A stretch of 10,092 nucleotides of DNA, from positions 1 to 10,092 of the forward strand of contig JBGPXN010000169.1 of the NCBI GenBank assembly GCA_041492755.1, written 5' to 3'. Below are positions 1 to 7,294 of this stretch, one piece after another (position 1 is the stretch's first letter; the number at the start of each line of letters is the position of its first letter). The notes beneath the pieces were generated by a model. That model did no database searches and had not been told where the DNA came from. It saw only the letters and a list, made by a program, of their open reading frames with translations. Both the position numbers and the translations under genes were made by a program. Source of the DNA: Candidatus Methylomirabilia bacterium. GTDB taxonomy: Bacteria; Methylomirabilota; Methylomirabilia; Rokubacteriales; CSP1-6.

Positions 1-71
1 ACCTGCCTCAGGATCGCCACTTTGTCCGCCGCGCTGTGCTGCCGATATCGTCTGCCTCGCCTTGTCCCCAC
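1..71 (-). CDS. Putative IS3-family transposase OrfA, N-terminal 23 codons (partial; not in the ORF track)
   Basis: GGAGG (82-78) lies 6 nt before GTG (71-69). The translation MGTRRGRRYRQHSAADKVAILRQ resembles the 'RRx[HYF]SxExKxxI[LV]R' start of IS3 OrfA HTH proteins. The frame is open to the window edge. Confidence 0.55.
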   Translation of the reverse strand, partial: MGTRRGRRYRQHSAADKVAILRQ

Positions 72-140
72 GGGGTCCCTCCTGCCGGCGGATTACACTC
101 CGCCCAGGTGAGGAACTCCAGTTTCAACTGAGGCAGGACA
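1..140 (-). mobile_element. Left end of a probable IS3-family insertion sequence (continues beyond the window edge)
   Basis: The minus strand from 140 reads TGTCCTGCCTCAGTTGAAACTGGAGTTCC, a TG-starting end typical of IS3-family terminal repeats. It begins where BrnT similarity stops and is followed by an RBS and an OrfA-like reading frame. The partner repeat and target duplication are not in the window. Confidence 0.6.
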
Positions 141-193
141 CTGCGCCGCTTGACATTCGCCGCAGCCTTTGTGGGATCCCATTCGAACTGCAC
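141..193 (-). pseudogene. brnT: BrnT-family toxin, 5' fragment interrupted by the IS
   Basis: GTG start gives MQFEWDPTKAAANVKRR, matching the BrnT N-terminal pattern MxFEWDxxKaxxNxxKH. After about 17 codons the 8..193 ORF reads into IS sequence and loses similarity. Confidence 0.75.
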
Positions 194-199
194 CGCTCA

Positions 200-205
200 A
201 GTATA
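200..205 (-). promoter_or_regulatory. -10 box (TATACT) for a probably leaderless brnT transcript
   Basis: TATACT lies 6 nt upstream of the GTG start and there is no Shine-Dalgarno sequence. The -35 is unclear: CTGACG lies 19 nt upstream. Confidence 0.45.
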
Positions 206-233
206 CGGCCCGGTGATGATTGACCGTCAGCCT

Positions 234-252
234 GCCGAACTTATGATTCGAC
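234..252 (-). other. attI-like integron recombination site (simple site L-5nt-R)
   Basis: The minus strand reads GTCGAAT-CATAA-GTTCGGC: a GTT core site, an AT-rich 5-nt spacer and an imperfect inverted L box (5/7 match to GCCGAAC). This is the geometry of attI1 (CCCTAAA-ACAAA-GTTRRRY). It sits directly upstream of a TA gene with its own promoter, in a locally AT-richer tract. Confidence 0.5.
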
Positions 253-499
253 TGCAGGGTAGGCATCCTCCGAAAGATCTCGGTATACACCAGTGTATGC
301 AGGCATCTATACCTGGATGGCGCAACGGCATCTGCATGAAGATCCTCATGGCGCGACGCGAAGCATCCACGATTGGATGCTGGTTGATCAACGCTGTGGG
401 GCCGGACCCCGAGCGCGACCGCACGACCTCAAGGCGGCCCGCCACCGTTCCGGGCCACGTGACTGGACGTTCGCGCGGGGAGTCACCCATAGGCCGAGC

Positions 500-528
500 A
501 TGATAGTTCCGGCCCAGGACCGCGGCAA
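500..528 (-). promoter_or_regulatory. sigma70-like promoter TTGCCG-N17-TATCAT
   Basis: -35 TTGCCG (528-523), a 17-nt spacer, and -10 TATCAT (505-500). It points toward ATG 490 and the attI-like site. Confidence 0.55.
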
Positions 529-633
529 GGACGGTGTGACGAAAGGCCGTCAGGCAACGCCTGATGGGGATCAGGTCATCGAGATCGCGCCGCGGCCGGG
601 CCGGATTCCCGCGGTCTGGCGTCGACGGTCCGG

Positions 634-2907
634 CTACGCGCGAGCCAGCGCCGCCTTCATCCGCTCGGGCGTGATCGGTACGCGGCGCATACGCATGCCG
701 GTGGCGTCGAAGATCGCGTTGGCGATCGCCGCCGGCACCGTGCGGGTCGACGGCTCGCCGGCACCCGAGGCGGCGACGTCGGGCCGGTTGATGAGCACGA
801 CGTCGATGCGCTCGGGCGCGTCCTGGATCTCGAGGATCGGGTAGCTCGCCCAGTCCACGCTCAGCACCTGATCGCGGTCGAACCGCACCTCTTCGAAGAG
901 CGTGCGCGAGATCGCCTGCACGACGTTGCCCTCGATCGTGAGCTCGAGCCCCTTCGGGTTGATGACGAGACCGCAGTCGTGGGCCACCGTGAACCTCTTC
1001 GCCCACACCCGGCCGGTCCGCCGGTCCACTTCCACCTCGGCCACCACGGCCACGATCGTCCCGTTCCGCTCCGTGTAGGAGAAGCCCCGGCCCACCATGA
1101 CGTTGCCCTTGCCGCGCCGCGGGTTGATCCGCGCCGTCCATCCGGCCTTCTCGGCGGCCGCCGTGATGACGGCGGCGTGACGGGGATCCTTCACGTACTG
1201 GAGCCGGAACGCCACCGGATCGCCGCCGCCGGCCAGGGCGATCTCGTCGATGAACGACTCGCTCGCGAAATGCGTCTCCGCCCCGAGCGGATCGCGCAGG
1301 TGGCCGGTGCGCAGCGGCGAGGCCTTGTCCAGCAGCGGCGCGATGCACTCCCAGCCGCACCGCTTGTTGGCGAAGTCGTACGCCTCCGCCGGCACCTGAA
1401 AGAGGATCGTCGGCTTCGGGGTGTAGCCGGTGAGCTGCCCGGCCAGCGTGTCCTTGGGATCGTTCTCGGTGGTCGCCACGTCCTGGCGCGTGAAGCCCTT
1501 GCCGAAGAACTCGTAGGCGACGACGTTGCCTTGCGCGTCGAGCCCGGCGCGGCCGCGGAAGACGCCGGCCGGTCCCTTCGGGTCCCAGCCCGTGCCCTCG
1601 TGGCGCATGTACTGCACGCGCACCGGCTTGCCGGTGAGCTTGGACAGCAGCGCCGCGTCGAGCGCGGCGTCGCCGGCGTCGTTGCGTCCGTACGAGCCCG
1701 GTCCCGGGATCCACGTCGCGCGCACCTTCTCGGGCGGCAGGCCGGCGATCCTGGCCACGCCGTTGCGGCCGTAGTGCGGCTTCTGCGAGCCGGTCCACAG
1801 CCGCGCCCCGTCCGCGCGCACGTCGGCGACCGCGCACGCCGGGCCCATGCTGGCGTGGGACTGCATCGGCCATTCGTACTCGGCTTCGATCACCCGATGC
1901 GCCGTCTTCAGCGCGGCGTCGACGTCGCCCTTGTTGACGGGGACCTGACTACCGATGCCCTTGGCCTGGCGGATGTGATCGTAGAGCGTTTCCATCGGCG
2001 GGAACGGATGGCACGGCGGGGCCCAGGTAACTTTGAGCGCGCGGGCGGCGCGCACCGCGTCCCACTCGCGCTCGGCCACCACCGCGACCAGGTCTTTCTC
2101 GCGCACGACGCGCGCGCCCGGGATGCCCGCGATCGACGCCGCGTCCACCGCGACCGGGCCGCAGCCGGCCGACGGCGGCCGGATCACGCGCGCGTGCAGC
2201 ATGCCCTCGACCTTGACGTCGGTGACGTACTGCAGCTTGCCGTACGCCTTGTCGGCGATGACCCGCTGCGGGATCGACCGGCCGACGATCGTGTACTGCC
2301 CGGGGTCCTTGGGCTTCGCCTGGCCCTTGGCGAGCAACGGGTTGCCGTACTGCTTGTTCCACTCGAGCTTGTGCTGGAAGTGCTGGCCGCCGATCAGCTC
2401 GCCATAGCTCACCCGGCGCTGCGGGTCCGCGGCCGCGGAAACCACGCCGTCGCGCACGGTGAGCTGGTCCACCGGCACCCCGAGCTTGTCCGACGCCCGC
2501 TTGAGCAGAAGCCGGCGCGCCTCGGCCGCGGCCAGGCGCAGCGTGACGCCGCCGCGCTGCACGCCGGTGCTGCCCGACGCGCCCCCCTGGTTGCAGGTGA
2601 AGGCGGTGTCGCCCATGACGACGGTGACGCGGTCGAAGGCGACGTCCAGCTCTTCGGCGACGATCTGCCCGATCGCGACGTCGACGCCCTGGCCCATGTC
2701 CATCTTGCCGAAGAACGCCCTGACGCGGCCGTCGGGCAACACCGCGATCCACGAATCGAGCTCGTCCGGCAGCAGCGGCGGCTTGCCGCCGGCGGCGCCG
2801 CCCGCCTGACCGAGCGCGGTCTGCGCCGCGCCCGGGATCATGAAGCTGACGACCAGCGCCCCACCGGCCTTGAGCAGATCGCGTCGAGAGAGCGTGGTTG
2901 ATCTCAT
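634..2907 (-). CDS. Xanthine dehydrogenase-family molybdopterin-binding large subunit (IorB/aldehyde oxidoreductase-like) with Tat signal
   Basis: 757 aa with N-terminal SRRDLLK plus a hydrophobic stretch. Motifs include GKMDMGQG, QIVAEEL, SHASMGP, GSYG, HLRDP, FASESFIDE, DCGLVINP and GAGEP (catalytic Glu), ending AIANAIFDATG. Confidence 0.95.
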   Translation of the reverse strand: MRSTTLSRRDLLKAGGALVVSFMIPGAAQTALGQAGGAAGGKPPLLPDELDSWIAVLPDGRVRAFFGKMDMGQGVDVAIGQIVAEELDVAFDRVTVVMGDTAFTCNQGGASGSTGVQRGGVTLRLAAAEARRLLLKRASDKLGVPVDQLTVRDGVVSAAADPQRRVSYGELIGGQHFQHKLEWNKQYGNPLLAKGQAKPKDPGQYTIVGRSIPQRVIADKAYGKLQYVTDVKVEGMLHARVIRPPSAGCGPVAVDAASIAGIPGARVVREKDLVAVVAEREWDAVRAARALKVTWAPPCHPFPPMETLYDHIRQAKGIGSQVPVNKGDVDAALKTAHRVIEAEYEWPMQSHASMGPACAVADVRADGARLWTGSQKPHYGRNGVARIAGLPPEKVRATWIPGPGSYGRNDAGDAALDAALLSKLTGKPVRVQYMRHEGTGWDPKGPAGVFRGRAGLDAQGNVVAYEFFGKGFTRQDVATTENDPKDTLAGQLTGYTPKPTILFQVPAEAYDFANKRCGWECIAPLLDKASPLRTGHLRDPLGAETHFASESFIDEIALAGGGDPVAFRLQYVKDPRHAAVITAAAEKAGWTARINPRRGKGNVMVGRGFSYTERNGTIVAVVAEVEVDRRTGRVWAKRFTVAHDCGLVINPKGLELTIEGNVVQAISRTLFEEVRFDRDQVLSVDWASYPILEIQDAPERIDVVLINRPDVAASGAGEPSTRTVPAAIANAIFDATGMRMRRVPITPERMKAALARA

Positions 2908-2916
2908 CGCCGCCCC

Positions 2917-3384
2917 CTACGCCGTCGTGCCGGCCGCGCGCTTCACCGCGCGCAGGATCGCCATGTGGGTTCCGCACCGACACTTGAGTCCCGCCAGCGC
3001 CTGGCGGATCTGCTTGTCGCTCGGCTTCGGGGTGTTACGCAGGAGCGCGGCCGCCGTCATTATCCAGCCCGAGGTGCAGTAGCCGCACTGCGGGACCTGC
3101 TCGGCGACCCAGGCCGCCTGCAGCGCGTGCGGTTTCTCCGGTGTGCCGAGTCCCGCCAGCGTGGTGATCTTCCTGCCCTTCACCGCGCCGACGGGGGTCA
3201 CGCACGAGCGGGTCGGCCGGCCGTCGACGTGCACGGTGCACGCCCCGCACTGGGCCAGGCCACAGCCGAACTTCGGGTTGTCGAGCCCGACGTCCGCGCG
3301 GAGCGCGTAGAGCAGGGGCATGGCGGGGTCCGCGTCGACCTCGGCCGTCTTGCCATCGACGACGAGCCGGATGCGCTGGGTCAT
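2917..3384 (-). CDS. (2Fe-2S)-binding small subunit (IorA/CoxS-like)
   Basis: 155 aa from ATG 3384 with RBS AGGAG at 3397-3393. It has KFGCGLAQCGACTV...SC and QCGYC...CRCGT motifs for two 2Fe-2S clusters, and ends 9 nt before the large subunit. Confidence 0.95.
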   Translation of the reverse strand: MTQRIRLVVDGKTAEVDADPAMPLLYALRADVGLDNPKFGCGLAQCGACTVHVDGRPTRSCVTPVGAVKGRKITTLAGLGTPEKPHALQAAWVAEQVPQCGYCTSGWIMTAAALLRNTPKPSDKQIRQALAGLKCRCGTHMAILRAVKRAAGTTA

Positions 3385-3420
3385 CGCGTGTTCTCCTCTC
3401 AGAGTTGTGAGGGAATTCGA

Positions 3421-3489
3421 GGTACGCCACGGCTCCGCCGGGGCGCACCGAGCGTGGGGGGTATGGGGGGCCATGTCGGGGCCCCCCAT
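3421..3489. repeat. Intergenic double-hairpin REP-like element
   Basis: Hairpin 1 is GGTACGCCACGGC-TCC-GCCGGGGCGCACC (3421-3449, 11/13 paired). Hairpin 2 is ATGGGGGGCC-ATGTCGG-GGCCCCCCAT (3463-3489, a perfect 10-bp stem). There is no U-tract, and only one copy is in the window. Confidence 0.65.
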
Positions 3490-3493
3490 GTCC

Positions 3494-4558
3494 TCAGCGG
3501 AGCACGAGCGCGGCCCGGCCCACCAGCGCGTTCTGTCGCAGCAGCGCGTGCGCCTCCTCGGCGCCTTCGAGCGGGAACGTCCGGCTCACCACGGCGCGGA
3601 TCCGGCGTTGCCGCAGCAGCTCCAGCGTCTGCTGGATCTCGGTCAGCGTCACGTAGCGCGAGCCGTGGATCTCGAGCATGTCGCCCAGCATGCGGATTGG
3701 ATCGACGGTGAATTTCGAGTCCACGCCGAAGACGGGACTCGGCCGGCTGCCGATGATCACGAGCCGCCCGGCGCGCGCCAGGGCGGCGACGCTGCTTTCG
3801 AGCGTCTCGCGGGACGCCACGAAGTCGATGGCGGCGTCCACGCCACGCCCGTCGGTCAGCGCGCGCACCTGGCCGGCGACGTCACCGCGCCGCGCGTCGA
3901 CCACCGCGTCGGCGCCGTACTCCTTCGCCGCCGTCAGCTTGTCGTCGGTGAGGTCGACGGCGATCACCCAGCCGCCGCAGAGCTTGGCCATCTGCACGCC
4001 GTGGATGCCCACGCCGCCGCCGGCGCCGACGATGAGCACGGTATCGCCGGGACCGACGCGCGCTTCGGCGCGGCACGCGTGATATGGCGTCGCGATGGCG
4101 TCGGCGGCGATGGCGGCGTCGAGATCGCTCACGCCCGCGGGAATCGGCGCGACGTTCGCGGCCGGGATCGCCATGTACTCCGCATAGGCGCCGTCGCAGG
4201 CCATGCCCACCGTGCCCGGCGACGCCGTGCACAGCGTCTCGCGGCCGCTCCGGCAGAAGCGGCACACGCGACAGGTGAGATAGAAGTGGCAGGTGACGCG
4301 ATCGCCGATCTTGACGTGGCCGACCTCGGATCCGACCTCGGCCACCTCGCCGGCCACCTCGTGACCGGGGATGCGCGGGTACGAGGTCACCCGACCCGGA
4401 ACGGCCGTCATGATGACGACCGTCAACCCGACGCCGGTCGCGCGCACGCGGAGCAGGACGTCGTTGGGGCCGATCTTCGGCACCGGCACCGTCTGCAGGC
4501 GAAGCGGCGCGCGCGGCGCCGCGAGCACCATGGCCTTCATCGTGTCCGGCCGTCCCAT
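3494..4558 (-). CDS. Zinc-binding MDR-family alcohol dehydrogenase-like protein
   Basis: 354 aa. RBS GGAGG abuts the upstream stop. It has PGHEVAG, the structural-Zn motif CRVCRFC-x7-C, the Rossmann motif GAGGGVG, and an acidic residue at AVD suggesting NAD(H). The catalytic Cys position reads GVGLT. Confidence 0.93.
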   Translation of the reverse strand: MGRPDTMKAMVLAAPRAPLRLQTVPVPKIGPNDVLLRVRATGVGLTVVIMTAVPGRVTSYPRIPGHEVAGEVAEVGSEVGHVKIGDRVTCHFYLTCRVCRFCRSGRETLCTASPGTVGMACDGAYAEYMAIPAANVAPIPAGVSDLDAAIAADAIATPYHACRAEARVGPGDTVLIVGAGGGVGIHGVQMAKLCGGWVIAVDLTDDKLTAAKEYGADAVVDARRGDVAGQVRALTDGRGVDAAIDFVASRETLESSVAALARAGRLVIIGSRPSPVFGVDSKFTVDPIRMLGDMLEIHGSRYVTLTEIQQTLELLRQRRIRAVVSRTFPLEGAEEAHALLRQNALVGRAALVLR

Positions 4559-4567
4559 CGCCGCCTC

Positions 4568-6328
4568 CTAGCTCCGGGGCGGGATGATCGGCACGAGCAG
4601 ATAGGACGGGCACCCGCCGCCCGCGTGCAGCGTCACCGTGCCGCCGAAGACGTCGCGCGGGCGGTCGTTCTCGTCGTTGTGGGTCATGCCGCCCGTGCCC
4701 CGCGTCCCGTACACGAACTTCTTGCCGAACTCGCCGATCTCCCCCTCGTACTCGTAGTCCTTGCCGCGCACGGTGAGGGCCAGGCGCCAGCCGGCCGGGA
4801 TTACGATGCACGACGGCACGATCTCCACGTCGCACTCGTAGACGTCGCCGGGCGTGAGTGGCTCGACGCGGTCGTGCGGATGGAACGGCTGATACGGCTT
4901 GCTGCGTAGGGGATCGAGCCGGCGGTGCGACGCGCGGAGCCAGCCGTTGGCAATGGGCGCGTTCGGATCGGTGGAGCCGAAGAACGTGAGCTCGTGGCCG
5001 GCGGGGTCGAACACGCGGACGATCAGGAAGAGGTCGGCGTCCCGCGTGGACGAGGCCACGAACAGCTTGGCCGCGAGCGGCCCGGTGATCTCGGTCTCGC
5101 GCTCGATGGCCATGGAGAACGTCACGCCCTGGCCGCGGGCCTCGTATGGCACCGTGCCGGCCGCGACCACGGGCGTGCGGCTGAGCGCCGTCTTCGCGGG
5201 ATCGAGGTAGAGCTTCGTCCACTGCGTGCGCGCGAGCGGCCACTCGCTCTCGGCGCGCGGCACGAACTTCTCGCCGGGATGGCGGACGTTCAGGTACACG
5301 CGTGGCTGCGTGCTCCAGCCGCCGTCGAGGCCCTTCAGGAAGTGATCGAAGAAGCGCTTCTGCAGCTCGAGCCCGTAGGGGGAAGAAAACAGCGCCCAGT
5401 GCGATTCGCCGTGCACCTCGAGCCACTTCTGCGCCCCCGGCGCGTCCACGAACCCGTTGAAGTTGCCGCGCGGGTGGATGCCCTGGCCGCCCCAGTTCGC
5501 GCAGGAGAGGAAGGGCACCGTGATCTTCGAGAGATCGGCCGAGCGCTGCCGGTACCACTCGCCGTCGAGCGGCCGAGCGAGGAAGTCGCCGTGCGGGTCC
5601 GCGCGGTTCTTGGCCATGTCCTCGTCAGGGAGCGTCACCGGCCCGGCGACGGACTCACCGGTGTTCGGGTTCTTCTTCGCGCGCGCGCCGAGTCCGTACT
5701 GAACGCTCAGGGCCTGCACGGGCGCCCAGCGTTTCATGAACTCGGACAGGATGCCGCCGTGATAGGTCGGATCGCGGTAGTAGTCGTTGAAGCCTTCCCA
5801 CGGAATGATGGCGGCCAGGTGCGGGGGATGCTTGGCGGCGACCCGCCATTGGTTGGTCGCATAGTACGAGATCCCCAGCATCCCGACCTTGCCGTTGCTC
5901 CACGGCTGGGTGCCGGCCCACTCGATGCACTCGTAGAGGTCGTCGTCTTCTTGAGCACACAGCGGGTCCATGAATCCCGGCGACCAGCCCGAGCCGCGCG
6001 AGTCGACACGAACGATCGCGTAGCCGTGCCGCACCCAGCGCTCGGGGTCGGTGACTTCCCACGCCTGGTACTTGTTGGTCGAGCCGACGAGGATCTCGGG
6101 ATGGTCCTTGACCATCTTCTCCCATTGCATCGGATAGCCGTCCTGGTAGGGCAGGCCCTTGGCGTAGATGCCGTGCGACAGGATCACCGGGTACCGGCCG
6201 TCCTCGATCGGCCGATAGACGTCGGCGCGCAGGACGATGCCGTCGCTCATCGCGATCGGCTGGTGCCAGGTGATGCGCATTCCGTCCCGAATCTCGGTGC
6301 GCGGCGTGACCTCGGACGTCTCAGTCAT
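4568..6328 (-). CDS. CocE/NonD family serine hydrolase (peptidase S15-like)
   Basis: 586 aa with RBS GGGAG. Motifs include DGIVLRADVYRP, VDSRGSGWSPG, IEWAGTQPWSNGKVGMLGISYYA (nucleophile Ser), and a C-terminal domain with ETEITGP and GWLRASHR. Confidence 0.95.
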   Translation of the reverse strand: MTETSEVTPRTEIRDGMRITWHQPIAMSDGIVLRADVYRPIEDGRYPVILSHGIYAKGLPYQDGYPMQWEKMVKDHPEILVGSTNKYQAWEVTDPERWVRHGYAIVRVDSRGSGWSPGFMDPLCAQEDDDLYECIEWAGTQPWSNGKVGMLGISYYATNQWRVAAKHPPHLAAIIPWEGFNDYYRDPTYHGGILSEFMKRWAPVQALSVQYGLGARAKKNPNTGESVAGPVTLPDEDMAKNRADPHGDFLARPLDGEWYRQRSADLSKITVPFLSCANWGGQGIHPRGNFNGFVDAPGAQKWLEVHGESHWALFSSPYGLELQKRFFDHFLKGLDGGWSTQPRVYLNVRHPGEKFVPRAESEWPLARTQWTKLYLDPAKTALSRTPVVAAGTVPYEARGQGVTFSMAIERETEITGPLAAKLFVASSTRDADLFLIVRVFDPAGHELTFFGSTDPNAPIANGWLRASHRRLDPLRSKPYQPFHPHDRVEPLTPGDVYECDVEIVPSCIVIPAGWRLALTVRGKDYEYEGEIGEFGKKFVYGTRGTGGMTHNDENDRPRDVFGGTVTLHAGGGCPSYLLVPIIPPRS

Positions 6329-6379
6329 GTTCGATCTCCCTGACGGCGCTCGGAGGGCTCGTGCTTCAGGCCGGTTACG

Positions 6380-6478
6380 CTACCACACAAGCCACGCGAC
6401 GATCGCGGTCAGCTCCACCAGGGCGTCGTCATAGAAGCGGCGAAGCCGGGCGAAGAGGTCGTCGCTGACCTCACGGCC
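6380..6478 (-). pseudogene. Internal fragment of a carboxymuconolactone decarboxylase/AhpD-like gene (not in the ORF track)
   Basis: Translates as GREVSDDLFARLRRFYDDALVELTAIVAWLVW*, resembling the C-terminal 'VSDELFARLRxHFDDxxIVELTxxIAW' helices of CMD-family proteins. It lacks both ends and has no RBS-linked start. Confidence 0.6.
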
Positions 6479-6481
6479 GCA

Positions 6482-7288
6482 CTACGCGACGGTCGCGCGA
6501 GTGGCCCAAGCCCGAGCGGTCAACGAGATCGATCCGTCGGCCGCCACCGGGATACGCTCGCGTATACGGTCCCGCAAGCGCGCTCGCGCGGCCTCATCGA
6601 GCGACATCGCGTAGGCGGGGGCTGGTCCCTGGCCACCCAGGAATGGTTGCCAGTAGTCTTCGAACGTCGCAAACGGCGTCGCGACGTCGATGGCTCGCAC
6701 CTCGACCCCATTCAGTCCGGAGCCGGCAAAGAGCTCTACGAGCGCCGGTGGCCGGCACAGCGGAAAACGGACCCCTTCGTCCAGCCTCCGCGCGTCGGCG
6801 TCGAGATCGGCCGCGCCGTCCCAGAAGAAGCGCATGAATTCCATCTTTCCGGCGTAGTCCCAGACGTACGCGCCGATCGTGCCCCTGCCGGCCGTCACTC
6901 TCGCCATCTCGGCGAGTGCGGCGCGCTGATCCGGAACGAAGTTCAAGACCAGCCCCGAGACCACCACGTCGACCGAACCGTCATCCAGCGGGATCGCCGT
7001 CGCGCTGCCTCGGTGGAGCACGGCCCGGCGCGCGAGGTGCCTTCTCGCAGACTCGAGGAATCCCTCCGACGGCTCGACGCCGGCGACCGACGCCGGCGAG
7101 CAGTGGTCCACGATCGCCGCGCACAGCGCTCCGGTCCCGCATCCTACGTCCAGCCACCGCCGGCCGGCGGGAATGCTCAACCACGAGAGAAACAGGGGCG
7201 CGACCCGACGGCTCCACCGGCCGACGTACTGCTCGTACGGGTCCCCACGCTCCCACGTGTCGCACACTTGTCGGTGGTCCATGGTCAC
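6482..7288 (-). CDS. Class I SAM-dependent methyltransferase
   Basis: 268 aa (GTG 7288; ATG 7282 is an alternative start). It has motif I WLDVGCGTGAL, GVEPS, IPLDDGSVDVVVSGLVLNFVPD, and YVWDY. Confidence 0.93.
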   Translation of the reverse strand: MTMDHRQVCDTWERGDPYEQYVGRWSRRVAPLFLSWLSIPAGRRWLDVGCGTGALCAAIVDHCSPASVAGVEPSEGFLESARRHLARRAVLHRGSATAIPLDDGSVDVVVSGLVLNFVPDQRAALAEMARVTAGRGTIGAYVWDYAGKMEFMRFFWDGAADLDADARRLDEGVRFPLCRPPALVELFAGSGLNGVEVRAIDVATPFATFEDYWQPFLGGQGPAPAYAMSLDEAARARLRDRIRERIPVAADGSISLTARAWATRATVA

Positions 7289-7294
7289 GCCCTT

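Noticed and set aside
2..137. 10-bp inverted repeat CCTGCCTCAG (2-11 versus 128-137) suggesting a 140-bp MITE
   Set aside because: The match fails on both sides (position 1 is A, not T) and falls within the OrfA-like codons LRQ. The window edge prevents a full test, so chance or an internal site is more likely.
545..570. Hairpin TCAGGC-AAC-GCCTGA downstream of the Mo-subunit gene as an intrinsic terminator
   Set aside because: The stem is short and there is no real U-tract, which is too weak to call.
3385..3489. 35-aa N-terminal extension of the 2Fe-2S protein in the ORF track
   Set aside because: It translates the palindromic repeat. The RBS and family start support ATG 3384.
979..6343. 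Long plus-strand ORFs (979..2901, 3320..4909, 4925..6343) and alternative-frame minus ORFs (227..1873, 1949..2983, 3882..5558)
   Set aside because: These are shadow frames of high-GC genes. They are Arg/Gly/Ala-rich, carry no family motifs and overlap well-supported CDSs.
6380..6484. Amber read-through or pyrrolysine fusion of the methyltransferase with the in-frame CMD fragment
   Set aside because: The methyltransferase ends at a natural-looking C-terminus, being in frame has a one-in-three chance, and no pyl genes or recoding signals are visible.
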